Positions 1 through 15,000 of a stretch of 64,000 nt of DNA are shown here, one piece after another. The notes beneath the pieces were generated by a model. The model searched no databases. It worked only from the letters and a program-made list of their open reading frames with translations, and was not told where the DNA came from. Source of the DNA: Eledone cirrhosa (lineage: Eukaryota); NCBI GenBank assembly GCA_964016885.1, contig OZ024745.1, positions 4,588,001 through 4,652,000 of the forward strand, given 5' to 3'. Position 1 is the first letter of the stretch. Every line of letters begins with the position of its first letter. The translations under genes and the position numbers were made by a program.

Positions 1-3000
1 GTGGTATTTGGCTCTCTTCTCTCTCAGAACATCGTGGTATCTGGCTCTCTTCCCTCTCAGAACATCGTGGTATCTGGCTCTCTTCTCTCTCAGAACATCG
101 TGGTATCTGGCTCTCTTCTCTCTCAGAACATCGTGGTATTTGGCTCTCTTCTCTCTCAGAACACAGGGGTATCTGGCTCTCTTCTCTCTTAGAACATCGT
201 GGTATTTGGCTCTCTTCTCTCTCATTTAGAACATCGTGGTATCTGGCTCTCTTCTCTCTCGGAACACCGTGGTATTTGGCTCTCTTCTCTTACAGAACAT
301 CGTGGTATTTGGCTCTCTTCTCTCTCAGTTAGAACATCGTGGTATTTGGCTCTCTTCTCTCTCAGAACATCGTGGTATTTGGCTCTCTTCTCTCTCACAA
401 CATCATGGTATTTGGCTCTTTTCTCTCTCATTTAGAACATCGTGGTATTTGGCTCTCTTCTCTCTCAGTTAGAACATCGTGGTATTTGGTTCTCTTCTCT
501 CTCAGAACATCGTGGTATTTGGCTCTCTTCTCTCTCACAACATCGTGGTATCTGGCTCTCTTCTCTCTCAGAACATCGTGGTATTTGGCTCTCTTCTCTC
601 TCAGGACATCGTGGTATTTGGCTCTATTCTCTCTCAGGACATCGTGGTATTTGGCTCTCTTCTCTCTCAGGACATCGTGGTATTTGGCTCTCTTCTCTCT
701 CAGAACATCGTGGTATCTGGCTCACTTCTCTTTCAGGACATCGTGGTATTTGGCTCTCTTCTCTCTCAGTTAGAACATCGTGGTATTTGGCTCTCTTCCC
801 TCTCAGAACATCGTGGTATTTGGCTCTCTTCTCTCTCAGAACATCGTGGTATCTGGCTCTCTTCTCTCTCAAAACATCGTGGTATTTGGCTCGCTTCTTT
901 CTCAGAACACCGTGGTATCTGGCTCTCTTCTCTCTCAGAACACCGTGGTATCTGGCTCTCTTCTCTCTTAGAACATCGTGGTATCTGGCTCTCTTCTCTC
1001 TCAGAACATCGTGGTATCTGGCTCTCTTCTCTCTTAGAACATCGTGGTATTTGGCTCTCTTCTCTCTCAGTTAGAACATCGTGGCATTTGGCTCTCTTCT
1101 CTCTCAGTTAGAACATCGTTGTATTTGGCTCTCTTCTTTCTCAGAACATCGTGGTATTTGGCTCTCTTCTCTCTCAGAACATCGTGGTATCTGGGTCTCT
1201 TCTCTCTCAGTTAGAACATCGTGGTATTTGGCTCTCTTCTCTCTCAGAACATTGTGGTATTTGGCTCTCTTCTCTCTCAGTTAGAAAATCGTGGTATTTG
1301 CCTCTCTTCTCTCTCAGAACATCGTGGTATTTGGCTCTCTTCTCTCTCAGAACATCGTGGTATCTGGCTCTCTTCTCTCTCAGTTAGAACATCGTGGTAT
1401 TTGGCTCTCTTCTCTCTCAGAACATCGTGGTATTTGGCTCTCTTCTCTCTCACAACATCATGGTATTTGGCTCTCTTCTCTCTCATTTAGAACATCGTGG
1501 TATTTGGGTCTCTTCTCTCTCAGTTAGAACATCGTGGTATTTGGTTCTCTTCTCTCTCAGAACATCGTGGTATTTGGCTCTCTTCTCTCTCACAACATCG
1601 TGGTATCTGGCTCTCTTCTCTCTCAGAACATCGTGGTATTTGGCTCTCTTCTCTCTCAGGACATCGTGGTATTTGGCTCTCTTCTCTCTCAGGACATCGT
1701 GGTATTTGGCTCTCTTCTCTCTCAGGACATCGTGGTATTTGGCTCTCTTCTCTCTCAGTACATCGTGGTATCTGGCTCACTTCTCTCTCAGGACACCGTG
1801 GTATTTGGCTCTCTTCTCTCTCAGTTAGAACATCGTGGTATTTCGCTCTCTTCCCTCTCAGAACATCGTGGTATTTGGCTCTCTTCTCTCTCAGAACATC
1901 GTGGTATCTGGCTCTCTTCTCTCTCAAAACATCGTGGTATTTGGCTCGCTTCTTTCTCAGAACACCGTGGTATCTGGCTCTCTTCTCTCTCAGAACACCG
2001 TGGTATCTGGCTCTCTTCTCTCTTAGAACATCGTGGTATCTGGCTCTCTTCTCTCTCAGAACATCGTGGTATCTGGCTCTCTTCTCTCTTAGAACATCGT
2101 GGTATTTGGTTCTCTTCTCTCTCAGTCAGAACATCGTGGTATTTGGCTCTCTTCTCTCTCAGTTAGAACATCGTGGCATTTGGCTCTCTTCTCTCTCAGT
2201 TAGAACATCGTTGTATTTGGCTCTCTTCTCTCTCAGAACACCGTGGTATTTAGCTCTCTTCTTTCTCAGAACATCGTGGTATTTGGCTCTCTTCTCTCTC
2301 AGAACATCGTGGTATCTGGCTCTCTTCTCTCTCAGTTAGAACATCGTGGTATTTGGCTCTCTTCTCTCTCAGAACATTGTGGTATTTGGCTCTCTTCTCT
2401 CTCAGTTAGAAAATCGTGGTATTTGCCTCTCTTCTCTCTCAGAACATCGTGGTATTTGGCTCTCTTCTCTCTCAGAACATCGTGGTATCTGGCTCTTTTC
2501 TCTCTCAGTTAGAACATCGTGGTATTTGGCTCTCTTCTCTCTCAGAACATCGTGGTATTTGGCTCTCTTCTCTCTCAGTTAGAAAATCGTGGTATTTGGC
2601 TCTCTTCTCTCTCAGAACATCGTGGTATTTGGCTCTCTTCTCTCTCAGAACATCGTAGTATTTGGCTCTTTTCTCTCTCAGAACATCGTGGTATTTGGCT
2701 CTCTTCTCTCTCAGTTAGAACATCGTGGCATTTGGCTCTCTTCTCTCTCAGAAAACAGTGGTATCTGGCTCTCTTCTTTCTTAGAAGCTCGTGGCATTTT
2801 GCTCTCTTCTCTATCAGAACACCGTGGTATCTGGCTCTCTTCATTCTTAGAACATCGTGGTATTTGGCTCTCTTCTCTCTCAGAACATCGTGGTATTTGG
2901 CTCTCTTCTCTCTCAGTTAGAACATCGTGGCATTTGGCTCTCTTCTCTCTCAGAACACGGTGGTATCTGGCTCTCTTCTTTCTTAGAACATCGTGGTATT

Positions 3001-6000
3001 TGGCTCTCTTCTCTCTCAGAACACCGTGGTATCTGGCTCTCTTCTCTCTTAGAACATCGTGGTATTTGGCTCTCTTCTCTCTCAGAACATCGTGGTATTT
3101 GGCTCTCTTCTCTCTCATTTAGAACATCGAGGTATCTGGCTGTCTTCTCTCTCAGAACATCGTGGTATCTGGCTCTCTTCTCTCTCAGGACATCGTGGTA
3201 TTTGGCTCTCTTCTCTCTCAGTTAGAAGATCGTGGTATTTGGCTCTCTTCCCTCTCAGAACATCGTGGTATTTGGCTCTCTTCTATCTCAGAACACCGTG
3301 GTATCTGGCTGTCTTCTCTCTCAGAACATCGTGGTATCTGGCTCTCTTCTCTCTCAGAACATCGTGGTATCTGGCTCTCTTCTCTCTCAGGACATCGTGG
3401 TATCTGGCTCTCTTCTCTCTCAGTTAGAACATCGTGGTATTTGGCTCTCTTCTCTCTCAGGACATCGTGGTATTTGGCTCTCTTCTCTCTCAGTTAGAAC
3501 ATCGTTGTATTTGGCTCTCTTCTCTCTCAGAACACCGTGGTATTTAGCTCTCTTCTTTCTCAGAACATCGTGGTATTTGGCTCTCTTCTCTCTCAGAACA
3601 TCGTGGTATCTGGCTCTCTTCTCTCTCAGTTAGGACATCGTGGTATTTGGCTCTCTTCTCTCTCAGATCATTGTGGTATTTGTCTCTCTTCTCTCTCAGT
3701 TAGAAAATCGTGGTATCTGCCTCTCTTCTCTCTCAGAACATCGTGGTATTTGGCTCTCTTCTCTCTCAGAACATCGTGGTATCTGGCTCTCTTCTCTCTC
3801 AGTTAGAACATCGTGGTATTTGGCTCTCTTCTCTCTCAGAACATCGTGGTATTTGGCTCTCTTCTCTCTCAGTTAGAAAATCGTGGTATTTGGCTCTCTT
3901 CTCTCTCAGAACATCGTGGTATTTGGGTCTCTTCTCTCTCAGAACATCGTAGTATTTGGCTCTTTTCTCTCTCAGAACATCGTGGTATTTGGCTCTCTTC
4001 TCTCTCAGTTAGAACATCGTGGCATTTGGCTCTCTTCTCTCTCAGAAAACAGTGGTATCTGGCTCTCTTCTTTCTTAGAAGATCGTGGCATTTGGCTCTC
4101 TTCTCTCTCAGAACACCGTGGTATCTGGCTCTCTTCATTCTTAGAACATCGTGGTATTTGGCTCTCTTCTCTCTCAGAACATCGTGGTATTTGGCTCTCT
4201 TCTCTCTCAGAACATCGTGGTATTTGGCTCTCTTCTCTCTCAGTTAGAACATCGTGGCATTTGGCTCTCTTCTCTCTCAGAACACGGTGTTATCTGGCTC
4301 TCTTCTTTCTTAGAACATCGTCGTATTTGGCTCTCTTCTCTCTCAGAACACCGTGGTATCTGGCTCTCTTCTCTCTTAGAACATCGTGGTATTTGGCTCT
4401 CTTCTCTGTCAGAACATCGTGGTATCTGGCTCTCTTCTCTCTCAGGACATCGTAGTATTTGGCTCTCTTCTCTCTCAGTTAGAAGATCGTGGTATTTGGC
4501 TCTCTTCCCTCTCAGAACATCGTGGTATTTGGCTCTCTCCTATCTCAGAACACCGTGGTATCTGGCTGTCTTCTCTCTCAGAACATCGTGGTATCTGGCT
4601 CTCTTCTCTCTCAGAACATCGAGGTATCTGGCTCTCTTCTCTCTCAGGACATCGTGGTATCTGGCTCTCTTCTCTGTCAGTTAGAACATCGTGGTATTTG
4701 GCTCTCTTCTCTCTCAGGACATCGTGGTATTTGGCTCTCTTCTCTCTCAGTTAGAGCATCGTGGTATTTGGCTCTCTTCCCTCTCAGAACATAGTGGTAT
4801 TTGGCTCTCTTCTCTCTCAGAACATCGTGGTATCTGGCTCTCTTCTCTCTTAGAACATCGTGGTATCTGGCTCTATTCTCTCTCAGAACACCGTGGTATC
4901 TGGCTCTCTTCTTTCTTAGAACACCGTGGTATTTGGCTCTCTTCTCTCTCAGTTAGAACATCATGGTATTTGGCTCTCTTCCCTCTCAGAACATCGTGGT
5001 ATCTGGCTCTCTTCTCTCTCAGAACACCGTGGTATCTGGCTCTCTTCTCTCTCAGAACATCGTGGTATCTGGCTATCTTCTGTCTTAGAACATCGTGGTA
5101 TCTGGCTCTCTTCTCTCTCAGTTAGAACATCGTGGTATTTGGCTCTCTTCTCTCTCAGAACACCGTGGTATCTGGCTCTCTTCTCTCTCAGAACACCGTG
5201 GTATTTGGCTCTCTTCTCTCTCAGTTAGAACATCGTGGTATCTGGCTCTCTTCTCTCTCAGAACACCGTGGTGTCTGGCTCTCTTCCCTCTCAGAACATC
5301 GTGGTATCTGGCTCTCTTCTCTCTCAGAACACCGTGGTATCTGGCTCTCTTCTCTCTCAGAACACCGTGGTATCTGGCTCTCTTCTCTCTCAGAACATCG
5401 TGGTATCTGGCTCTCTTCTCTCTCAGAACACCGTTGTATTTGGCCCTCTTCTCTCTAAGAACACCGTGGTATCTGGCTCTCTTCTCTCTCAGAACATCGT
5501 AGTGTCTGGCTCTCTTCTCTCTTAGAACATCGTGGTATTTGGCTCTCTTACCTCTCAGAACATCGTGGTATCTGGCTCTCTTCTCTCTCAGTTAGAACAT
5601 CGTGGTATTTGGCTCTCTTCTCTCTCAGAACACCGTGGTATCTGGCTCTCTTCTCTCTCAGATCACCGTGGTATCTGGCTCTCTTCTTTCTTAGAACACC
5701 GTGGTATTTGGCTCTCTTCTCTCTCAGTTAGAACATCATGGTATTTGGCTCTCTTCCCTCTCAGAACATCGTGGTATCTGGCTCTCTTCTCTCTCAGTTA
5801 GAACATCTTGGTATCTGGCTCTCTTCTCTCAGAACATCGTGGTATGTGGCTCTCTTCTCTCTCAGTTAGAACATCGTGGTATCTGGCTCTCTTCTCTCTC
5901 AGAACATCGTGGTATCTGGCTCTCTTCTCTCTCAGAACATCGTGGTATCTGGCTCTCTTCTCTCTCAGAACACCGTGGTATCTGGCTCTCTTCTTTCTTA

Positions 6001-9000
6001 GAACACCGTGGTATTTGGCTCTCTTCTCTCTCAGAACATCGTGGTATCTGGCTCTCTTCTCTCTCAGAACATCGTGGTATCTGGCTCTCTTCTCTCTCAG
6101 GACATCGTGGTATCTGGCTCTCTTCTCTCTCAGTTAGAACATCGTGGTATTTGGCTCTCTTCTCTCTCAGGACATCGTGGTATTTGGCTCTCTTCTCTCT
6201 CAGTTAGAACATCGTTGTATTTGGCTCTCTTCTCTCTCAGAACACCGTGGTATTTAGCTCTCTTCTTTCTCAGAACATCGTGGTATTTGGCTCTCTTCTC
6301 TCTCAGAACATCGTGGTATCTGGCTCTCTTCTCTCTCAGTTAGGACATCGTGGTATTTGGCTCTCTTCTCTCTCAGATCATTGTGGTATTTGTCTCTCTT
6401 CTCTCTCAGTTAGAAAATCGTGGTATCTGCCTCTCTTCTCTCTCAGAACATCGTGGTATTTGGCTCTCTTCTCTCTCAGAACATCGTGGTATCTGGCTCT
6501 CTTCTCTCTCAGTTAGAAAATCGTGGTATTTGCCTCTCTTCTCTCTCAGAACATCGTGGTATTTGGCTCTCTTCTCTCTCAGAACATCGTGGTATCTGGC
6601 TCTTTTCTCTCTCAGTTAGAACATCGTGGTATTTGGCTCTCTTCTCTCTCAGAACATCGTGGTATTTGGCTCTCTTCTCTCTCAGTTAGAAAATCGTGGT
6701 ATTTGGCTCTCTTCTCTCTCAGAACATCGTGGTATTTGGCTCTCTTCTCTCTCAGAACATCGTAGTATTTGGCTCTTTTCTCTCTCAGAACATCGTGGTA
6801 TTTGGCTCTCTTCTCTCTCAGTTAGAACATCGTGGCATTTGGCTCTCTTCTCTCTCAGAAAACAGTGGTATCTGGCTCTCTTCTTTCTTAGAAGCTCGTG
6901 GCATTTTGCTCTCTTCTCTATCAGAACACCGTGGTATCTGGCTCTCTTCATTCTTAGAACATCGTGGTATTTGGCTCTCTTCTCTCTCAGAACATCGTGG
7001 TATTTGGCTCTCTTCTCTCTCAGTTAGAACATCGTGGCATTTGGCTCTCTTCTCTCTCAGAACACGGTGGTATCTGGCTCTCTTCTTTCTTAGAACATCG
7101 TGGTATTTGGCTCTCTTCTCTCTCAGAACACCGTGGTATCTGGCTCTCTTCTCTCTTAGAACATCGTGGTATTTGGCTCTCTTCTCTCTCAGAACATCGT
7201 GGTATTTGGCTCTCTTCTCTCTCATTTAGAACATCGAGGTATCTGGCTGTCTTCTCTCTCAGAACATCGTGGTATCTGGCTCTCTTCTCTCTCAGGACAT
7301 CGTGGTATTTGGCTCTCTTCTCTCTCAGTTAGAAGATCGTGGTATTTGGCTCTCTTCCCTCTCAGAACATCGTGGTATTTGGCTCTCTTCTATCTCAGAA
7401 CACCGTGGTATCTGGCTGTCTTCTCTCTCAGAACATCGTGGTATCTGGCTCTCTTCTCTCTCAGAACATCGTGGTATCTGGCTCTCTTCTCTCTCAGGAC
7501 ATCGTGGTATCTGGCTCTCTTCTCTCTCAGTTAGAACATCGTGGTATTTGGCTCTCTTCTCTCTCAGGACATCGTGGTATTTGGCTCTCTTCTCTCTCAG
7601 TTAGAACATCGTTGTATTTGGCTCTCTTCTCTCTCAGAACACCGTGGTATTTAGCTCTCTTCTTTCTCAGAACATCGTGGTATTTGGCTCTCTTCTCTCT
7701 CAGAACATCGTGGTATCTGGCTCTCTTCTCTCTCAGTTAGGACATCGTGGTATTTGGCTCTCTTCTCTCTCAGATCATTGTGGTATTTGTCTCTCTTCTC
7801 TCTCAGTTAGAAAATCGTGGTATCTGCCTCTCTTCTCTCTCAGAACATCGTGGTATTTGGCTCTCTTCTCTCTCAGAACATCGTGGTATCTGGCTCTCTT
7901 CTCTCTCAGTTAGAACATCGTGGTATTTGGCTCTCTTCTCTCTCAGAACATCGTGGTATTTGGCTCTCTTCTCTCTCAGTTAGAAAATCGTGGTATTTGG
8001 CTCTCTTCTCTCTCAGAACATCGTGGTATTTGGGTCTCTTCTCTCTCAGAACATCGTAGTATTTGGCTCTTTTCTCTCTCAGAACATCGTGGTATTTGGC
8101 TCTCTTCTCTCTCAGTTAGAACATCGTGGCATTTGGCTCTCTTCTCTCTCAGAAAACAGTGGTATCTGGCTCTCTTCTTTCTTAGAAGATCGTGGCATTT
8201 GGCTCTCTTCTCTCTCAGAACACCGTGGTATCTGGCTCTCTTCATTCTTAGAACATCGTGGTATTTGGCTCTCTTCTCTCTCAGAACATCGTGGTATTTG
8301 GCTCTCTTCTCTCTCAGAACATCGTGGTATTTGGCTCTCTTCTCTCTCAGTTAGAACATCGTGGCATTTGGCTCTCTTCTCTCTCAGAACACGGTGTTAT
8401 CTGGCTCTCTTCTTTCTTAGAACATCGTCGTATTTGGCTCTCTTCTCTCTCAGAACACCGTGGTATCTGGCTCTCTTCTCTCTTAGAACATCGTGGTATT
8501 TGGCTCTCTTCTCTGTCAGAACATCGTGGTATCTGGCTCTCTTCTCTCTTAGGACATCGTAGTATTTGGCTCTCTTCTCTCTCAGTTAGAAGATCGTGGT
8601 ATTTGGCTCTCTTCCCTCTCAGAACATCGTGGTATTTGGCTCTCTCCTATCTCAGAACACCGTGGTATCTGGCTGTCTTCTCTCTCAGAACATCGTGGTA
8701 TCTGGCTCTCTTCTCTCTCAGAACATCGAGGTATCTGGCTCTCTTCTCTCTCAGGACATCGTGGTATCTGGCTCTCTTCTCTGTCAGTTAGAACATCGTG
8801 GTATTTGGCTCTCTTCTCTCTCAGGACATCGTGGTATTTGGCTCTCTTCTCTCTCAGTTAGAGCATCGTGGTATTTGGCTCTCTTCCCTCTCAGAACATA
8901 GTGGTATTTGGCTCTCTTCTCTCTCAGAACATCGTGGTATCTGGCTCTCTTCTCTCTTAGAACATCGTGGTATCTGGCTCTATTCTCTCTCAGAACACCG

Positions 9001-12000
9001 TGGTATCTGGCTCTCTTCTTTCTTAGAACACCGTGGTATTTGGCTCTCTTCTCTCTCAGTTAGAACATCATGGTATTTGGCTCTCTTCCCTCTCAGAACA
9101 TCGTGGTATCTGGCTCTCTTCTCTCTCAGAACACCGTGGTATCTGGCTCTCTTCTCTCTCAGAACATCGTGGTATCTGGCTATCTTCTCTCTTAGAACAT
9201 CGTGGTATCTGGCTCTCTTCTCTCTCAGTTAGAACATCGTGGTATTTGGCTCTCTTCTCTCTCAGAACACCGTGGTATCTGGCTCTCTTCTCTCTCAGAA
9301 CACCGTGGTATTTGGCTCTCTTCTCTCTCAGTTAGAACATCGTGGTATCTGGCTCTCTTCTCTCTCAGAACACCGTGGTGTCTGGCTCTCTTCCCTCTCA
9401 GAACATCGTGGTATCTGGCTCTCTTCTCTCTCAGAACACCGTGGTATCTGGCTCTCTTCTCTCTCAGAACACCGTGGTATCTGGCTCTCTTCTCTCTCAG
9501 AACATCGTGGTATCTGGCTCTCTTCTCTCTCAGAACACCGTTGTATTTGGCCCTCTTCTCTCTAAGAACACCGTGGTATCTGGCTCTCTTCTCTCTCAGA
9601 ACATCGTAGTGTCTGGCTCTCTTCTCTCTTAGAACATCGTGGTATTTGGCTCTCTTACCTCTCAGAACATCGTGGTATCTGGCTCTCTTCTCTCTCAGTT
9701 AGAACATCGTGGTATTTGGCTCTCTTCTCTCTCAGAACACCGTGGTATCTGGCTCTCTTCTCTCTCAGATCACCGTGGTATCTGGCTCTCTTCTTTCTTA
9801 GAACACCGTGGTATTTGGCTCTCTTCTCTCTCAGTTAGAACATCATGGTATTTGGCTCTCTTCCCTCTCAGAACATCGTGGTATCTGGCTCTCTTCTCTC
9901 TCAGTTAGAACATCTTGGTATCTGGCTCTCTTCTCTCAGAACATCGTGGTATGTGGCTCTCTTCTCTCTCAGTTAGAACATCGTGGTATCTGGCTCTCTT
10001 CTCTCTCAGAACATCGTGGTATCTGGCTCTCTTCTCTCTCAGAACATCGTGGTATCTGGCTCTCTTCTCTCTCAGAACACCGTGGTATCTGGCTCTCTTC
10101 TTTCTTAGAACACCGTGGTATTTGGCTCTCTTCTCTCTCAGAACATCGTGGTATCTGGCTCTCTTCTCTCTCAGAACATCGTGGTATCTGGCTCTCTTCT
10201 CTCTCAGGACATCGTGGTATCTGGCTCTCTTCTCTCTCAGTTAGAACATCGTGGTATTTGGCTCTCTTCTCTCTCAGGACATCGTGGTATTTGGCTCTCT
10301 TCTCTCTCAGTTAGAACATCGTTGTATTTGGCTCTCTTCTCTCTCAGAACACCGTGGTATTTAGCTCTCTTCTTTCTCAGAACATCGTGGTATTTGGCTC
10401 TCTTCTCTCTCAGAACATCGTGGTATCTGGCTCTCTTCTCTCTCAGTTAGGACATCGTGGTATTTGGCTCTCTTCTCTCTCAGATCATTGTGGTATTTGT
10501 CTCTCTTCTCTCTCAGTTAGAAAATCGTGGTATCTGCCTCTCTTCTCTCTCAGAACATCGTGGTATTTGGCTCTCTTCTCTCTCAGAACATCGTGGTATC
10601 TGGCTCTCTTCTCTCTCAGTTAGAACATCGTGGTATTTGGCTCTCTTCTCTCTCAGAACATCGTGGTATTTGGCTCTCTTCTCTCTCAGTTAGAAAATCG
10701 TGGTATTTGGCTCTCTTCTCTCTCAGAACATCGTGGTATTTGGGTCTCTTCTCTCTCAGAACATCGTAGTATTTGGCTCTTTTCTCTCTCAGAACATCGT
10801 GGTATTTGGCTCTCTTCTCTCTCAGTTAGAACATCGTGGCATTTGGCTCTCTTCTCTCTCAGAAAACAGTGGTATCTGGCTCTCTTCTTTCTTAGAAGAT
10901 CGTGGCATTTGGCTCTCTTCTCTCTCAGAACACCGTGGTATCTGGCTCTCTTCATTCTTAGAACATCGTGGTATTTGGCTCTCTTCTCTCTCAGAACATC
11001 GTGGTATTTGGCTCTCTTCTCTCTCAGAACATCGTGGTATTTGGCTCTCTTCTCTCTCAGTTAGAACATCGTGGCATTTGGCTCTCTTCTCTCTCAGAAC
11101 ACGGTGTTATCTGGCTCTCTTCTTTCTTAGAACATCGTCGTATTTGGCTCTCTTCTCTCTCAGAACACCGTGGTATCTGGCTCTCTTCTCTCTTAGAACA
11201 TCGTGGTATTTGGCTCTCTTCTCTGTCAGAACATCGTGGTATCTGGCTCTCTTCTCTCTCAGGACATCGTAGTATTTGGCTCTCTTCTCTCTCAGTTAGA
11301 AGATCGTGGTATTTGGCTCTCTTCCCTCTCAGAACATCGTGGTATTTGGCTCTCTCCTATCTCAGTACACCGTGGTATCTGGCTGTCTTCTCTCTCAGAA
11401 CATCGTGGTATCTGGCTCTCTTCTCTCTCAGAACATCGAGGTATCTGGCTCTCTTCTCTCTCAGGACATCGTGGTATCTGGCTCTCTTCTCTGTCAGTTA
11501 GAACATCGTGGTATTTGGCTCTCTTCTCTCTCAGGACATCGTGGTATTTGGCTCTCTTCTCTCTCAGTTAGAGCATCGTGGTATTTGGCTCTCTTCCCTC
11601 TCAGAACATAGTGGTATTTGGCTCTCTTCTCTCTCAGAACATCGTGGTATCTGGCTCTCTTCTCTCTTAGAACATCGTGGTATCTGGCTCTATTCTCTCT
11701 CAGAACACCGTGGTATCTGGCTCTCTTCTTTCTTAGAACACCGTGGTATTTGGCTCTCTTCTCTCTCAGTTAGAACATCATGGTATTTGGCTCTCTTCCC
11801 TCTCAGAACATCGTGGTATCTGGCTCTCTTCTCTCTCAGAACACCGTGGTATCTGGCTCTCTTCTCTCTCAGAACATCGTGGTATCTGGCTATCTTCTCT
11901 CTTAGAACATCGTGGTATCTGGCTCTCTTCTCTCTCAGTTAGAACATCGTGGTATTTGGCTCTCTTCTCTCTCAGAACACCGTGGTATCTGGCTCTCTTC

Positions 12001-15000
12001 TCTCTCAGAACACCGTGGTATTTGGCTCTCTTCTCTCTCAGTTAGAACATCGTGGTATCTGGCTCTCTTCTCTCTCAGAACACCGTGGTGTCTGGCTCTC
12101 TTCCCTCTCAGAACATCGTGGTATCTGGCTCTCTTCTCTCTCAGAACACCGTGGTATCTGGCTCTCTTCTCTCTCAGAACACCGTGGTATCTGGCTCTCT
12201 TCTCTCTCAGAACATCGTGGTATCTGGCTCTCTTCTCTCTCAGAACACCGTTGTATTTGGCCCTCTTCTCTCTAAGAACACCGTGGTATCTGGCTCTCTT
12301 CTCTCTCAGAACATCGTAGTGTCTGGCTCTCTTCTCTCTTAGAACATCGTGGTATTTGGCTCTCTTACCTCTCAGAACATCGTGGTATCTGGCTCTCTTC
12401 TCTCTCAGTTAGAACATCGTGGTATTTGGCTCTCTTCTCTCTCAGAACACCGTGGTATCTGGCTCTCTTCTCTCTCAGATCACCGTGGTATCTGGCTCTC
12501 TTCTTTCTTAGAACACCGTGGTATTTGGCTCTCTTCTCTCTCAGTTAGAACATCATGGTATTTGGCTCTCTTCCCTCTCAGAACATCGTGGTATCTGGCT
12601 CTCTTCTCTCTCAGTTAGAACATCGTGGTATCTGGCTCTCTTCTCTCAGAACATCGTGGTATGTGGCTCTCTTCTCTCTCAGTTAGAACATCGTGGTATC
12701 TGGCTCTCTTCTCTCTCAGAACATCGTGGTATCTGGCTCTCTTCTCTCTCAGAACATCGTGGTATCTGGCTCTCTTCTCTCTCAGAACACCGTGGTATCT
12801 GGCTCTCTTCTTTCTTAGAACACCGTGGTATTTGGCTCTCTTCTCTCTCAGAACATCGTGGTATCTGGCTCTCTTCTCTCTCAGAACATCGTGGTATCTG
12901 GCTCTCTTCTCTCTCAGAACATCGTGGTATCTGGCTCTCTTCTCTCTCAGAACATCGTGGTATCTGGCTCTCTTCTCTCTCAGAAAACCGTGGTATCTGT
13001 CTCTCTTCTTTCTTAGAACACCGTGGTATTTGGCTCTCTTCTCTCTCAGAACACCGTGGTATCTGGCTCTCTTCTCTCTCAGAACATCGTTGTATCTGCC
13101 TGTCTTCTCTCTCAGAACATCGTGGTATCTGGCTCTCTTCTCTCTCAGAACACCGTGGTATCTGTCTCTCTGCTTTCTTAGAACACCGTGGTATTTGGCT
13201 CTCTTCTCTCTCAGAACATCGTGGTATCTGGCTCTCTTCTCTCTCAGTTAGAACATCGTGGTATCTGGCTCTCTTCTCTCTCAGAACATCGTGGTATCTG
13301 GCTATCTTCTCTCTCAGAACAACGTGGTATTTGGCTCTCTTCTCTCTCAGAACACCGTGGTATCTGGCTCTCTTCTCTCTCAGAACATCGTGGTATCTGG
13401 CTCTCTTCTCTCTCAGAACACCGTGGTATCTGGCTCTCTTCTCTCTCAGTTAGAACATCGTGGTATCTGGCTCTCTTCTCTCTCAGAACATCGTGGTATC
13501 TGGCTCTCTTCTCTCTCAGAACATCATGGTATCTGGCTCTCGTCTCTCTCAGAACACCGTGGTATCTGGCTCTCTTCTCTCTCAGTTAGAACATCGTGGT
13601 ATCTGGCTCTCTTCTCTCTCAGAATATCGTGGTATCTGGCTCTCTTCTCTCTCAGAACACCGTGGTATCTGACTCTCTTCTCTCTCAGAACAACGTGGTA
13701 TCTTGCTCTCTTCTCTCTCAGTTAGAACATCGTGGTATCTGGCTCTCTTCTCTCTCAGAACATCGTGGTATCTGGCTCTCTTCTCTCTCAGAACACCGTG
13801 GTATCTGTCTCTCTTCTCTCTCAGTTAGAACATCGTGGTATCTGGCTCTCTTCTCTCTCAGAACATCGTGTTATTTGGCTCTCTTCTCTCTCAGTTAGAA
13901 CATCATGGTATTTGGCTCTCTTCCTTCTCAGAACATCGTGGTATCTGGCTCTCTTCTCTCTCAGAACATCGTGGTATCTGGCTCTCTTCTCTCTTAGAAC
14001 ATCGTGGTATTTGTCTCTCTTCTCTGTCAGAACACCGTGGCATTTGGCTCTCTTCTCTCTCAGTTAGAACATCGTGGTATTTGGCGCCCTTCTCTCTCAG
14101 AACACTGTGGTATTTGGCTCTCTTCTCTCTCAGTTAGAACATCGTGGTATTTGGCTCTCTTCTCTCTCAGAACACCGTGGTATCTGGCTCTCTTCTCTCT
14201 CAGAACACCGTGGTATTTGGCTGTCTTCCCTCTCAGAACATCGTGGTATCTGGCTCTCTTCTCTCTCAGAACACCGTGGTATCTGGCTCTCTTCTCTCTC
14301 AGAACACCGTGGTATCTGGCTCTCTTCTCTCTCAGAACATCGTGGTATCTGGCTCTCTTCTCTCTTAGAACATCGTGGTATTTGGCTCTCTTCTCTCTCA
14401 GTTAGAACATCGTGGTATTTGGCTCTCTTCTCTCTCAGTTAGAACATCGTGGTATTTGGCTCTCTTCTCTCTCAGAGCACCGTGGTATCTGGATCTCTTC
14501 TCTCTCAGAACACCGTGGTATTTGGCCCTCTTCTCTCTCAGAACACCGTGTTATCTGGCTCTCTTCTCTCTTAGAACATCGTGGTATCTGGCTCTCTTCT
14601 CTCTCAGTTAGAACACCGTGGTATTTGGCTCTCTTCTCTCTCAGTTAGAACATCATGGTATTTGGCTCTCTTCCCTCTCAGAACATCGTGGTATGTGGCT
14701 CTCTTCTCTCTCAGTCAGAACATCGTGGTATTTGGCTCTCTTCTCTCTCAGAACACCGTGGTATCTGGCTATCTTCTCTCTCAGATCACCGTGGTATCTG
14801 GCTCTCTTCTTTCTTAGAACACCGTGGTATTTGGCTCTCTTCTCTCTCAGTTAGAACATCATGGTATTTGGCTCTCTTCCCTCTCAGAACATCGTAGTAT
14901 CTGGCTCTCTTCTCTCTCAGTTAGAACATCGTGGTATCTGGCTCTCTTCTCTCTCAGAACATCGTGGTATCTGGCTCTCTTCTCTCTCAGTTAGAACATC